64,000 nucleotides of DNA, from the NCBI GenBank assembly GCA_963701945.1, contig CAVPBV010000017.1:184172-248171 (forward strand). Reading direction: 5' to 3'. The notes under the pieces are model-generated. The model made no database searches and was not told the DNA's origin. It was given only the letters and a program-made list of their open reading frames with translations. Numbering within the stretch: the stretch's first letter is position 1; the number at the start of each line of letters is the position of its first letter. The stretch is from an uncultured Solirubrobacterales bacterium (GTDB lineage Bacteria > Actinomycetota > Thermoleophilia > Solirubrobacterales > Solirubrobacteraceae). The position numbers and the translations under genes are program-made. Of this stretch, positions 1-9,340 are shown one piece after another.

Positions 1-175
1 GCGCGACCCGCTCTCCGGCGTTCATGCCGCGCCACACGATCGCCATCGCCAGCGCGCCGACCTGGGCGTCGGTGACGCTGCCGTCGGCGATGCCGCGAAC
101 CAGATCGGAGATCTCATCCGGGGAGAGCTCAAGGCCGTCGCGCTTGCGCCGGATCAGCTCAGCTACCAGCATCAT
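1..175 (-). CDS. deoA: Thymidine/pyrimidine-nucleoside phosphorylase, N-terminal part (runs off the window's left edge)
   Basis: The minus strand from ATG 175 reads MMLVAELIRRKRDGLELSPDEISDLVRGIADGSVTDAQVGALAMAIVWRGM, the typical DeoA/Pdp N-terminus. It overlaps the end of the PNP gene and is missing from the ORF track because it is truncated. Confidence 0.85.
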   Translation of the reverse strand, partial: MMLVAELIRRKRDGLELSPDEISDLVRGIADGSVTDAQVGALAMAIVWRGMNAGERVA

Positions 176-956
176 CTTCAGCGGCGAGACGAGGGATGAA
201 GTCGAGCAGCAGCCGGGCGAGTCCGCCGGCGCCGTCATGCGCCGCCCGAAGCGTCTGCTCGTGCGAAAGGGGCTCGTCGGTCATGCCCTCGGCGAGGTTC
301 GTGATCAGCGACACCGCGGCGACGCGCAGGCCGCAGTGGCGGGCAACGATCGTCTCCTGCACGGTCGACATGCCGACCGCGTCGGCGCCCAGCACGCGGA
401 ACGCGCGGATCTCGGCCGGCGTCTCGAAGCTGGGCCCGCCGACCGCGAGGTACACCCCCTCGGCGAGCGGGATGTCGAGCTCGGCCGCCGAGGCCCGAAG
501 CGAAGCCAGCAGCGCCGGGTCATACGCGTCGCGCAAGGACGGAAACCGCGGACCGATCGCGTCGTCGTTCGGACCCATGAGCAGGTTCACGCCGGTCATG
601 TTGATGTGGTCAGTGATTGCCATCAGCGACCCCGGTCCGACCTCCGGGCGCAGCGATCCGGCCGCGTTCGTCAGCACCAGCACCGAAGCTCCCGCGGCCC
701 GCAGCGCGCGGACCGGAGCCCGCAGCGGGTCCAAGGAACCGCCCTCGTAAAGGTGCGCCCGTCCCTGGAACACCGCCACCGGCACGCCCCCGATCGTGCC
801 CAGCACCGCCCGCCCTGCGTGTCCGAAGACCGTCAGCCGCGGAAAGCCCGGCAGGTCCTCGTAGGGCACGACGGTCGGGTCCTCGACGGCGTCGGCCACG
901 GCGCCAAGACCCGACCCCAGCACGATGCCGACGCGTGGTTTGCCGAGCAGGTTCAC
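159..956 (-). CDS. punA: Purine nucleoside phosphorylase (PNP family 2, PunA/XapA type)
   Basis: Motifs GIVLGSGLG, FGHAG, QGRAHLYEG, LTNAAGSL, GPSFETPAE, VGMSTVQE and SLITN. Confidence 0.93.
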   Translation of the reverse strand: MNLLGKPRVGIVLGSGLGAVADAVEDPTVVPYEDLPGFPRLTVFGHAGRAVLGTIGGVPVAVFQGRAHLYEGGSLDPLRAPVRALRAAGASVLVLTNAAGSLRPEVGPGSLMAITDHINMTGVNLLMGPNDDAIGPRFPSLRDAYDPALLASLRASAAELDIPLAEGVYLAVGGPSFETPAEIRAFRVLGADAVGMSTVQETIVARHCGLRVAAVSLITNLAEGMTDEPLSHEQTLRAAHDGAGGLARLLLDFIPRLAAEDDAGS

Positions 957-1864
957 GACTCGAGCGCCTCGCGGCCGAACGCCCCCGGCAGCAGCTCGCC
1001 GAGCGTCACGGTCAGCGGGTCGCCCGAGCGCGGCCGCCCGAGATACACCGGCGTCTCAGCCCCTCCGAACTCTGACAGCCGTTGCCGGCAACCCCCGCAC
1101 GGCGGGCAATGCTCCAAGCGCTCAGCGACGACGGCCACCGCCGTGATCGCCGTCTCGCCCGCGGCCACGAGCGCGCCGATCGCCGAGGCCTCCGCGCACT
1201 GGCCCTGGGGGTAGGCGACGTTCTCGACGTTCGCGCCGGCATAGATCGCACCGCTGGCGCCGCGGACCGCGGCGCCGACCTTGAACTCCGAATACGGCGC
1301 ATACGCATTCTCCATCGCCTCGGAAGCCGTCCGGAGCAGCGCCTGCGGCCCGTCGATCAACAGGTCCGCGTAACCGACTGACACAAGCGCCTCATCGGAG
1401 ATGTCCAGCTCCGCCCGCAGACGCTCGACCTTCGAACGCGCGGTGGCGAGGTCGCCCGCCTCCGGCAGCACGGCCTCGAATTCGACAAAGCTCCCGAGGT
1501 CCTCGACCTCGTCGAGGTGAATCCGCACGCCCTCCCACAAGAACAGGCGCCGGCGCTTGCACACGACCACGACCGTGCCGAGCGCGGCATCGAGCGCCTC
1601 GGCCAGTTCGTCGGGCGCGGCGACGGGCGCCCGCACATACCGGCTCTCCGAGGCCTCGCGAGCGTCCGGCCGCCCGTAGGCGATCAGCTCACCGCCGAGG
1701 GCTCCCTCCTCGACGCGGAGCTTGACGCGTCCACGCCGCCCCGCAAAGTAGGTATCGCGCTGCACGAGGTCGCCCCCGTCCTCGGCGCCAATGGCCAGGC
1801 AGCGTGCGAGCGTCGCCTCCGGGTCGCGATCGACCGCTTTCAGCTCCACATTCACGCTCGCCAT
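953..1864 (-). CDS. cdd: CYTH-domain / cytidine deaminase fusion protein
   Basis: The N-terminal ~170 aa is CYTH-like (NVELK, QRDTYF, KLR, KRRRLF, HLDEVEDLGSFVEFE). The C-terminal ~130 aa is a cytidine deaminase (AYAPYSEFKVGAA, GANVENVAYP, CAEASA, PCGGCRQ). No stop separates them. Confidence 0.85.
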   Translation of the reverse strand: MASVNVELKAVDRDPEATLARCLAIGAEDGGDLVQRDTYFAGRRGRVKLRVEEGALGGELIAYGRPDAREASESRYVRAPVAAPDELAEALDAALGTVVVVCKRRRLFLWEGVRIHLDEVEDLGSFVEFEAVLPEAGDLATARSKVERLRAELDISDEALVSVGYADLLIDGPQALLRTASEAMENAYAPYSEFKVGAAVRGASGAIYAGANVENVAYPQGQCAEASAIGALVAAGETAITAVAVVAERLEHCPPCGGCRQRLSEFGGAETPVYLGRPRSGDPLTVTLGELLPGAFGREALES

Positions 1865-1910
1865 GAGCGCGCGAGCCTACCGGGATCCCCGCCGCCGATA
1901 GCATCGCGGC

Positions 1911-2540
1911 GTGCCGGAAACGCTCACAGTAGTCGAGCACCCCGTGCTGGCCGACCGCCTAGCGGTGATGCGCGATCGGAACACGGCCCACGGTGACTTC
2001 CGCCAGGCCCTGTTCGAGGCGGCGGCGATCATGGCCGTCGAGGTGGCGCGAGAGCTCCCGGTCAAAGAGGTCGAGATCCAGACCCCGCTCGAGGAAACGA
2101 CGGGCCTCCGCCTCGCCGACGAGGTCACGGTCGTCCCCGTTCTGCGCGCCGGCCTCGGGATGGTCGAGGGGTTCCTGCGCCTGCTGCCCGACGCGCGCGT
2201 CGGCCACGTCGGCATCTACCGCGACGAAGAGGAGCACGTGCCGGTCGACTACTACGAGCGCCTGCCGCGCGGGATTCCGGACGCCCGCGTGTACGTGCTC
2301 GACCCGATGCTCGCCACAGGGGGAAGCGCGGTGCACGCGCTGGCGAAGCTCAAGAAAGCCGGCGCCAAGCATCTCGAGCTCGTCTGCCTCGTCTCGGCGC
2401 CCCAGGGGATCGAGGCGGTCCAGGCCGAGCACCCCGACGTCCGGATCTGGACGGCCGCGGTCGACCGCGAGCTCGACGAGAACGCCTACATCCGGCCCGG
2501 CCTGGGCGACGCCGGCGACCGCGTGTTCGGCACCGCCTGA
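1911..2540 (+). CDS. upp: Uracil phosphoribosyltransferase
   Basis: [14 protein letters not shown]-binding [11 protein letters not shown], and [16 protein letters not shown]. Confidence 0.96.
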   Translation: MPETLTVVEHPVLADRLAVMRDRNTAHGDFRQALFEAAAIMAVEVARELPVKEVEIQTPLEETTGLRLADEVTVVPVLRAGLGMVEGFLRLLPDARVGHVGIYRDEEEHVPVDYYERLPRGIPDARVYVLDPMLATGGSAVHALAKLKKAGAKHLELVCLVSAPQGIEAVQAEHPDVRIWTAAVDRELDENAYIRPGLGDAGDRVFGTA

Positions 2541-3142
2541 TCGACCAGCGGCCGCTCGCGGTCGACCGACGGCCGGTCGAGCCACTTGTCGACGGCGCGG
2601 TGCGTGTCGGTGGCGAGCCGGTCGATCATCGCGGCCGGGCTCCGCTCGACCAGCAGCATCGCCACATGCTCGGCGCGCACGAACCGCTCGTTGACCGCAT
2701 GCTGGAGGAACGCGAGCAGCGGCTGCCAGTAGCCGTCGACGTCGAGCAGCCCGAGCGGCTTGCGATGCAGGCCGAGCTGTTTCCATGTGAACAGCTCGAA
2801 CAGCTCGTCGAGCGTCCCGGTGCCGCCGGGGAGCGCGATCACCGCGTCGGCGAGCTCGGCCATCAGCGCCTTGCGCTCGTGCATGGTCTCGACGATGTGC
2901 AGCTTGGTGAGGCCGGCGTGGGCGATTTCGTGCTGGACGAGCCGGTTCGGGATCACGCCGATTACCGTGCCGCCGGCCTCCAGCGCCGAGTCCGCGAGCG
3001 CGCCCATCAGGCCCACGCTCGCGCCTCCGTAGACGACCTCAAGGCCCCGTGAAGCCAGCTCACGACCGAGATCGGCTGCGGCCACGGCGTACTCCGGCGC
3101 CCGCCCTGGGCTCGATCCGCAGAAAACAAGGACCCGCTTCAC
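2486..3142 (-). CDS. LOG family (TIGR00730-like) nucleotide monophosphate phosphoribohydrolase
   Basis: [25 protein letters not shown] and [12 protein letters not shown] (the PGGxGTxxE motif). Confidence 0.9.
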   Translation of the reverse strand: MKRVLVFCGSSPGRAPEYAVAAADLGRELASRGLEVVYGGASVGLMGALADSALEAGGTVIGVIPNRLVQHEIAHAGLTKLHIVETMHERKALMAELADAVIALPGGTGTLDELFELFTWKQLGLHRKPLGLLDVDGYWQPLLAFLQHAVNERFVRAEHVAMLLVERSPAAMIDRLATDTHRAVDKWLDRPSVDRERPLVDQAVPNTRSPASPRPGRM

Positions 3143-3168
3143 CGGCGGGAGCGTAGTAGCCTCGGCTC

Positions 3169-4056
3169 GTGATCCGTCGTCTGCCTCATGTCGATCGCGT
3201 CGGGATCGAGGAGCGCGCCGCTCAGCTCGGTAAGCGCTCGATCAAGACCACGGCCAAGCAGCAGGGCATCCGCCTGGCCGTGTCGATGGTCGACCTGACG
3301 ACGCTCGAGGGCGCGGACACCGCCGGGAAGGTCCAGCATCTGTGCGCGAAGGGAGTGTGCCCGGCGCCGACGATCCCGGAGATTCCGAGCGTCGCCGCGA
3401 TCTGCGTGTACCCGACCCTGGTGGCGACCGCCAAGCAAGCGCTCGAAGGCACCGGCGTGAAGACGGCAAGCGTCGCCACGGGTTTCCCCGCCGGCCAGGT
3501 CTCCCTCGAGGCGAAACTCAAGGACACCGAGGACGCCGTCGCCGCGGGCGCCGACGAGATCGACATGGTGATCTCGCGCGAGGCGTTCCTCGCCGGCGAC
3601 GACACCCGGGTGCAGCAGGAGATCGTCGCGGTCAAGGAGCGCTGCGGGGACGCGCACCTCAAGGTGATCCTCGAGACCGCCGAGCTCGGGTCCTACGACC
3701 ACGTCCGCCACGCCTCGATGCTGGCGATGGAGGCCGGGGCGGACTTCATCAAGACCTCGACCGGCAAGGCGTCCGCCGGCGCCACGCCCGGCGTCTGCCT
3801 CGTGATGCTCGAGGCGATCCGCGACTACGCCGACCGCACGGGCCGGATCGTCGGGTTCAAGGCCGCCGGTGGCGTTTCGACGAGCAAGGCCGCGCTCCAC
3901 CGTCTCGTGCTCGTGAAGGAGACGCTCGGAGACGAGTGGCTGACGCCCGACCGCATCCGCATCGGCGCGTCGTCCGTGCTCAATGATCTGCTTATGCAGT
4001 ACGCCAAGACCGAGACCGGGCGCTACGGGCGCTCAGAGGACTTCTCCAAGGAATGA
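3169..4056 (+). CDS. deoC: Deoxyribose-phosphate aldolase
   Basis: [37 protein letters not shown] and GFKAAGG. Confidence 0.95.
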   Translation: MIRRLPHVDRVGIEERAAQLGKRSIKTTAKQQGIRLAVSMVDLTTLEGADTAGKVQHLCAKGVCPAPTIPEIPSVAAICVYPTLVATAKQALEGTGVKTASVATGFPAGQVSLEAKLKDTEDAVAAGADEIDMVISREAFLAGDDTRVQQEIVAVKERCGDAHLKVILETAELGSYDHVRHASMLAMEAGADFIKTSTGKASAGATPGVCLVMLEAIRDYADRTGRIVGFKAAGGVSTSKAALHRLVLVKETLGDEWLTPDRIRIGASSVLNDLLMQYAKTETGRYGRSEDFSKE

Positions 4057-5513
4057 GCATCGAGACGCGAACCAGCATCGTCTGGGACTACGCCCCGGCG
4101 CCGGAATCGACCGACCACATCCGGTTGCGCGACCGCTACGGCCTGTTCGTGGACGGCGAGTTCAAAGATCCATCGGACGGGCGGTATGTGGCGTCCATTA
4201 ACCCCGCCACGGAGGAGCCGATAGCGGAGGTGGCCTACGGGGGCCAGGACGACGTGACCGCGGCCGTCGAGAGCGCTCGGGTCGCGTACCCCAAGTGGGC
4301 GGCGCTGCCCGAGCTGGAGCGCGCCAAGTACCTGTTCCGGATCGCGCGACTGATCCAGGAGCGCGCGCGCGAGCTCGCGGTCGTAGAGACGCTCGACGGT
4401 GGCAAGCCGCTCCGGGAGTCCCGCGACGTCGACATCCCGCTCGCCGCTGCGCACTTCTTCTATTACGCCGGGTGGGCGGACAAGCTCCGCTACGGCACGG
4501 GCGCGCGCGAGGTGAGGCCGCTCGGGGTCGTGGGCCAGATCGTGCCGTGGAACTTCCCGCTGCTGATGGCGGCGTGGAAGCTCGCGCCGGCGCTCGCGTG
4601 CGGCAACGTCGCGATCCTCAAGCCCGCCGAGACGACCCCGCTGACCGCACTGCTGCTCGCCGAGATCTGCCAGGAAGCCGAACTGCCGCCCGGCGTCGTC
4701 TCCATCCTCCCGGGCAATGGCGACACGGGCGCGGCCCTCGTCCGCCAGCAAAAAATCAACAAAATCGCCTTCACGGGATCGACCGCGGTCGGCCGTGACA
4801 TCCAGGCCACGCTCGCCGGCACAGGTATCAGGCTGACGCTCGAGCTCGGCGGCAAGTCCGCGAACATCGTGTTCGAGGACGCCGCGCTCGATCAGGCCGT
4901 CGAGGGGATCGTCAACGGGATCTTCTTCAACCAGGGTCACGTGTGCTGCGCGGGATCGCGGCTGCTGATCCAGGAGAGCGTGCGCGACGAGGTGATCGCG
5001 AAGCTATGGCAGCGGATGGGCCGTCTGCGCGTCGGCGACCCGATGGACAAGAACACCGACGTCGGCGCGATCAACTCGGCCGAGCAGCTCTCGCGCATCG
5101 AGACGTTGGTGGCCGCGGGCGAGGACGAGGGCGCCACGCGGCAAACCATCGAGTGCGAGCTGCCCGAGCGGGGCTACTGGTTCGCGCCGACGCTGTTCAC
5201 GGACGTCTCGCCCGCGCACCGGATCGCGGTCGAGGAGATCTTCGGCCCGGTCGTTTCCGTGCTCACGTTCCGCACCCAGGCCGAAGCGATCGAGAAGGCG
5301 AACAACTCGCGCTACGGGCTTGCGGCCGGGATCTGGACCGACAAGGGCTCGAAGGCGTTCGAGGTGGCGAGCGCGCTGAAAGCCGGGGTCGTGTGGCAGA
5401 ACACCTACAACCACTTCGACCCGACGGCGGCGTTCGGCGGCTACAAGGAGTCAGGTTTCGGGCGCGAGGGCGGGCCGGCTGGGCTGCGACCGTACCTCGA
5501 GGTGGTCCGGTGA
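4053..5513 (+). CDS. NAD-dependent aldehyde dehydrogenase, full length
   Basis: PWNFP, KPAETTP, FTGSTAVG, catalytic LELGGKS, GHVCCAGSR and EEIFGPV. Overlaps deoC by 4 bp. Confidence 0.93.
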   Translation: MSIETRTSIVWDYAPAPESTDHIRLRDRYGLFVDGEFKDPSDGRYVASINPATEEPIAEVAYGGQDDVTAAVESARVAYPKWAALPELERAKYLFRIARLIQERARELAVVETLDGGKPLRESRDVDIPLAAAHFFYYAGWADKLRYGTGAREVRPLGVVGQIVPWNFPLLMAAWKLAPALACGNVAILKPAETTPLTALLLAEICQEAELPPGVVSILPGNGDTGAALVRQQKINKIAFTGSTAVGRDIQATLAGTGIRLTLELGGKSANIVFEDAALDQAVEGIVNGIFFNQGHVCCAGSRLLIQESVRDEVIAKLWQRMGRLRVGDPMDKNTDVGAINSAEQLSRIETLVAAGEDEGATRQTIECELPERGYWFAPTLFTDVSPAHRIAVEEIFGPVVSVLTFRTQAEAIEKANNSRYGLAAGIWTDKGSKAFEVASALKAGVVWQNTYNHFDPTAAFGGYKESGFGREGGPAGLRPYLEVVR

Positions 5514-6328
5514 CCGCCGAGCGGCTCGCGGTCCGCAAGACTTACAAGCTGTGGATCGGCGGCGCGTTCGTGCGGTCGGAGTCCGGGCGCTACGACGAGT
5601 CCGGCGGGTTCAATTTTCCGCGAGCCTCGCGCAAGGACGTGCGCGATGCCGTCGCCGCCGCGCGGAAGGCCGCCGGTCCCTGGGCGGCGCGCACCGCGTA
5701 CAACCGCGGGCAGATCCTGTACCGCGCGGCCGAGGCGCTCGAGTCCCGCGCGGCGGTGATGGGCGTGGCGCGCGACGAGGTCGACGCGTCGGTGGACGTG
5801 CTGCTCCACTACGCGGGCTGGACCGACAAGATCCACGCGGTGCTCGGTGGCGTCAACCCGGTGGCGGCGCCTTTCCTGTCGTTCTCGCTGCCCGAGCCAA
5901 CCGGCGTCGTCGGAATCGTCGCGCCCGACTCGCCGCCGCTGCTCGGGTTGGTCGCGGAGCTCGCGCCGGTCCTCGCCGCCGGCAACGTAGCGGTCGCGAT
6001 CCTGTCCGAGGCCACTCCGCTCGCCGGCCTGGATCTGGCGGAGGTGCTGGGCGTCTCGGACGTTCCGGGGGGCGTCGTGAACCTGCTGTCGGGGCGGCGC
6101 GTCGAGCTTGCCGGTGCACTCGGGGCGCACCGGGACCTCAACGCAATCGTCGACGCCGCCGGCGACGCCGAACTGTCGGCCGAGCTCGACAAGCTCGCGG
6201 CCGAGACGATCAAGCGTGTCCGCCACGGTGCCGCGGCGACGAGCTACGAGGACGCGGTTGGCGACGCGCTCGACCGGCTCGAGGCGGTCACCGAGCTCAA
6301 GACCGCCTGGCACCCCGTCGGCGCTTAA
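5510..6328 (+). CDS. Short ALDH-family protein (NAD-binding domain only)
   Basis: GTG at 5510 overlaps the upstream TGA. Contains RKTYKLWIGGAFVRSESGR, HYAGWTDK and EPTGVVGIVAP, but no ELGGK or catalytic Cys segment. 272 aa. Confidence 0.8.
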   Translation: MTAERLAVRKTYKLWIGGAFVRSESGRYDESGGFNFPRASRKDVRDAVAAARKAAGPWAARTAYNRGQILYRAAEALESRAAVMGVARDEVDASVDVLLHYAGWTDKIHAVLGGVNPVAAPFLSFSLPEPTGVVGIVAPDSPPLLGLVAELAPVLAAGNVAVAILSEATPLAGLDLAEVLGVSDVPGGVVNLLSGRRVELAGALGAHRDLNAIVDAAGDAELSAELDKLAAETIKRVRHGAAATSYEDAVGDALDRLEAVTELKTAWHPVGA

Positions 6329-8061
6329 CCGCGGTCGCCGTTGGCGAGCACGCCCTCGAGCCGCAGGATGCGACGCAGGATCGCGAGCGACGAGGCGTAC
6401 GTCGAGTCCATCCCGTAGTAGCTGAGTCCGCGCGCGCCGAGCGTGCGCGCCTGCGTGTACGGAGTGTCAGAGGCGTAGTGGATGATCCCGAGGTCGATCG
6501 GGAGCTTGGTGAAGTTGACGGCCTCTCCGGTCGGATGACGGTCGGCGTCGGCGATCTCGTAAACCGCGTTGCAGTACGGGCCAGTCTCCATCTCGACGAC
6601 CGTGAATGCCTCGCGATAGTAGAAGTCGAGGTAGGAGCGGTTCTGGAGGAACGTGCTCTTGACCGTGACCGCGCGCTGGTTGTCGAGGCCCGTGCCGAAT
6701 CGCAGATCTTGTGCCAGATCGCCGACGCTGAACGCGTTGTCGAGCCAGTAGGTCGAGCCCGAATGCTCGTCGTGGACGACGTTCGAGATCATCACGTCGC
6801 CGACGTCGGCGTTGAGAGTGGCCGCCTTGCCGAGGATGTACACGCCGCGCAACCCGGACCGGTCGACCGCGACCTCGCGCAGGATGTTGTAGGCCGCGAC
6901 GCCGAGCGGGTAGTCGATGTTGACGATCACCGCGCCGCTCGCCGCGAGGGCGTCGACGTCGACCGGGCCGAGCCGCGGATCGAGTGCTTTCGGGTCGAGC
7001 GCGCCGAGCGAGATGACCTGGGCGGGCACGCGCAGCGCGGTCGTGCTCCGCAGGTGGGTGACGCCCCGCTGCTGCTCGAGGGCGCGCCGCTCGGCCGCGG
7101 CCTCGGGGCCGCCGGCGCTGAAGTACAGGCGGGCCACGAAGTACAGGAAGTTCTCCCACGAGCCCTGGCTCTCGCCCTCGCGGAACGCGTTCAGCTCCTG
7201 GCGCAGGATGTCGTCCTCATCAAGCTGCTCGACGAACGCCAGCAGCTCGGGCTCGCGCTCGTTGGCGATACCGGTGACGATGTTCACGAGGCTGTGGGAG
7301 TTCGAGCTGACGAAGTACAGCGGCCGCTCGGTGAGGCCTTCGACGGCCATCTCCGCGCTCACCGGCGCCCACCAGCGCCGGGTGAGGCGCGAGTAACCGG
7401 TGTGCGTGCCGCCGAGCATGCGGACTCGCAGTGACAGCCGCTGGTCGGCGACCAGCTGCATCCGCTCACCGAAGGCCGCCCCCCAGGCGATCTGCAGGCG
7501 CGCCCAGTCCTCGGCGCTGCCGCCGAGCTCGCGCGCGCACTCCTCGGGCGGGACTTCGGGCGAGCGCGCGGCTTCCGGCCAGCCGGCGCCACGCATGCGA
7601 ACGCGGATCTTGTTCCACTCGATCTGGTACGCGACGAGCGTCGGCACGAGGTCATCGACGTCGGACGAGCTGGCGAGCAGAACTGCGAGTGTGCCGGCAC
7701 CGCTGTCGTACCACCGGCGCCGGCGCGCAGGGGCCTCTGCCTCCTCCCAGGAGTCGACGGGGATGCCGCTGGCGGTCAGCGCCTCGACGTCCTGACCCAT
7801 GACCACCAGGTGGGCGCCGGCGATCCCGTCGGGAAGCCGCTGAACCGAGTAGAGGAACGCGCCCAGGTCGAGCTCCTCGCTTGCCGCCAGCGGGTGCAGG
7901 CTCGAGCCCATCGCCATGTGCGAGGGCTCGAGCACGCGCAGCTGCGTCTCCCCGCTCGAGCGCAGCAGCGTCGTGTACGTGCGCTGGTAGAGCTCGACCT
8001 CATCGCTGAGGCGGACCTCCCCGTCAGCGAAGCTGCTGAGGGCTAGTCGGGCGACTGCCAC
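6325..8061 (-). CDS. DUF6909-like protein with a C-terminal nucleoside phosphorylase/AMP-nucleosidase-like fold
   Basis: FLYSVQRLPDGI, RRRRWY, YFVSSNSHS, ILGKAATLNADVGDVMI, VEMET and HYASDTP. These resemble my recollection of DUF6909 and the G-x5-GD / EME / SD.P signatures of PNP_UDP-fold enzymes. Confidence 0.6.
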   Translation of the reverse strand: MAVARLALSSFADGEVRLSDEVELYQRTYTTLLRSSGETQLRVLEPSHMAMGSSLHPLAASEELDLGAFLYSVQRLPDGIAGAHLVVMGQDVEALTASGIPVDSWEEAEAPARRRRWYDSGAGTLAVLLASSSDVDDLVPTLVAYQIEWNKIRVRMRGAGWPEAARSPEVPPEECARELGGSAEDWARLQIAWGAAFGERMQLVADQRLSLRVRMLGGTHTGYSRLTRRWWAPVSAEMAVEGLTERPLYFVSSNSHSLVNIVTGIANEREPELLAFVEQLDEDDILRQELNAFREGESQGSWENFLYFVARLYFSAGGPEAAAERRALEQQRGVTHLRSTTALRVPAQVISLGALDPKALDPRLGPVDVDALAASGAVIVNIDYPLGVAAYNILREVAVDRSGLRGVYILGKAATLNADVGDVMISNVVHDEHSGSTYWLDNAFSVGDLAQDLRFGTGLDNQRAVTVKSTFLQNRSYLDFYYREAFTVVEMETGPYCNAVYEIADADRHPTGEAVNFTKLPIDLGIIHYASDTPYTQARTLGARGLSYYGMDSTYASSLAILRRILRLEGVLANGDRG

Positions 8062-8070
8062 TGGCTTACG

Positions 8071-9318
8071 CTACTCCCTCACGTACGGAATGCCGTCCGC
8101 GGCCGGCGGCCGCGAGCGGCCCACGAGCCCCGCGACGGCGACGAGGGTGAGAACGTACGGCAGCGCCTCGAACAGCGTCCCGAGCGTCGGGTTGACGCTC
8201 GAGACCCGGTCGGACATCGCGTTTCCGAAGCCGAACAGAAGTACCGCCCAGAAGGCGCCCCACGGCTTCCACTTGCCGAAGATCATCGCGGCCAGCGCGA
8301 TGAAGCCGCGCCCGTTGGTCATGTCATTGCTGAACGACCCGACGAACCCGACCGAGAGGTAGGCGCCGCCGAGCGCCGCGAATACGCCGGATGCGACCAC
8401 GGCCAGGTACCGGATCCGCACCACCGATACGCCCACGGTATCGGCGGCGCGCGGCTTCTCGCCCACGGACCGTAGCCGCAGGCCTCCCCGCGTCCGGAAC
8501 AGGTAGAAGGTGAGCGCCGGCACGAGCGCGATCCCGATCCAGGTCATCAGGTTCGCGTCGCCGAACGCCGCCCCGAAGAACCCGATGTGCTGGATCCCCG
8601 GGATCCTGACGTTGGGGATCATCGAGATGTTCAGTGGCGTGCCGTTCGGTCCGTAGTGGTACTCGAGGAAGTAGCCGGTGATCCCGAGCGCCAGGAAGTT
8701 GATCCCGAACCCGCTGACAATCTGGTTGGCGCGCAGGTGGATCGAGAAGACCGCGTGCAGCAGCGCCAGCAGCCCCCCGGCTACCGCGGCGACGACCAGG
8801 CCCCAGACCCAGGAGCCGAGCACGTCGGCGCCGTAGACGCCCCAGAAGCAGCCCATCAGCATCATGCCTTCGAGGCCGACGTTGATCACGCCGCTGGATT
8901 CTGAGATCACGCCACCGAGCGCCGCGAACAGGAGTGGGGTCGCATAACGGAGCGTCGCCGCCACCAGCGCCGACCACGTGAACACGGACTCGAGCGTCGA
9001 CACTGCCGAGTTCACCGATGCCGCGGCGCCGGCGACCGCGAACAGGGCCACAACGATCGCTTCGGATCCGAGCTTGCGCTCGCCGCCGGCGATTGACCAT
9101 GCCCCGGCGCAGACGGCAAGGACGGCGAGCACGATCGTCGGCACCATGCCGCGCGACTCGATCGGCGGGATCGTGATCACCCACGCGACCGCGGCGACCA
9201 CGATCCCCGCGATGCCGATCTGCCTCGGGGAGATGGCGCGCGGCGGCGCGATGGCGACCGTGCCCGCGCTCACGTCACGCACCCGCTCTCCCGAGTTCGG
9301 CGCCAGCCGGACTCGCAA
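8071..9318 (-). CDS. Nucleoside ABC transporter permease (NupC/YufQ type); start uncertain
   Basis: ATPLLFAALGG, SESSGVINVGLEGMML, GLRLRSVGEKPRAADTVGV and GRGFIALAAMIFGKW. Confidence 0.9.
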   Translation of the reverse strand: MRVRLAPNSGERVRDVSAGTVAIAPPRAISPRQIGIAGIVVAAVAWVITIPPIESRGMVPTIVLAVLAVCAGAWSIAGGERKLGSEAIVVALFAVAGAAASVNSAVSTLESVFTWSALVAATLRYATPLLFAALGGVISESSGVINVGLEGMMLMGCFWGVYGADVLGSWVWGLVVAAVAGGLLALLHAVFSIHLRANQIVSGFGINFLALGITGYFLEYHYGPNGTPLNISMIPNVRIPGIQHIGFFGAAFGDANLMTWIGIALVPALTFYLFRTRGGLRLRSVGEKPRAADTVGVSVVRIRYLAVVASGVFAALGGAYLSVGFVGSFSNDMTNGRGFIALAAMIFGKWKPWGAFWAVLLFGFGNAMSDRVSSVNPTLGTLFEALPYVLTLVAVAGLVGRSRPPAADGIPYVRE

Positions 9319-9340
9319 GCGAATACGAAGTATTCGCCGC

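Noticed and set aside
5551-7434. 627-aa plus-strand ORF and many other long overlapping ORFs in the track
   Set aside because: These are alternative or antisense frames of well-supported genes, with low-complexity R/P/G/A composition caused by GC bias.
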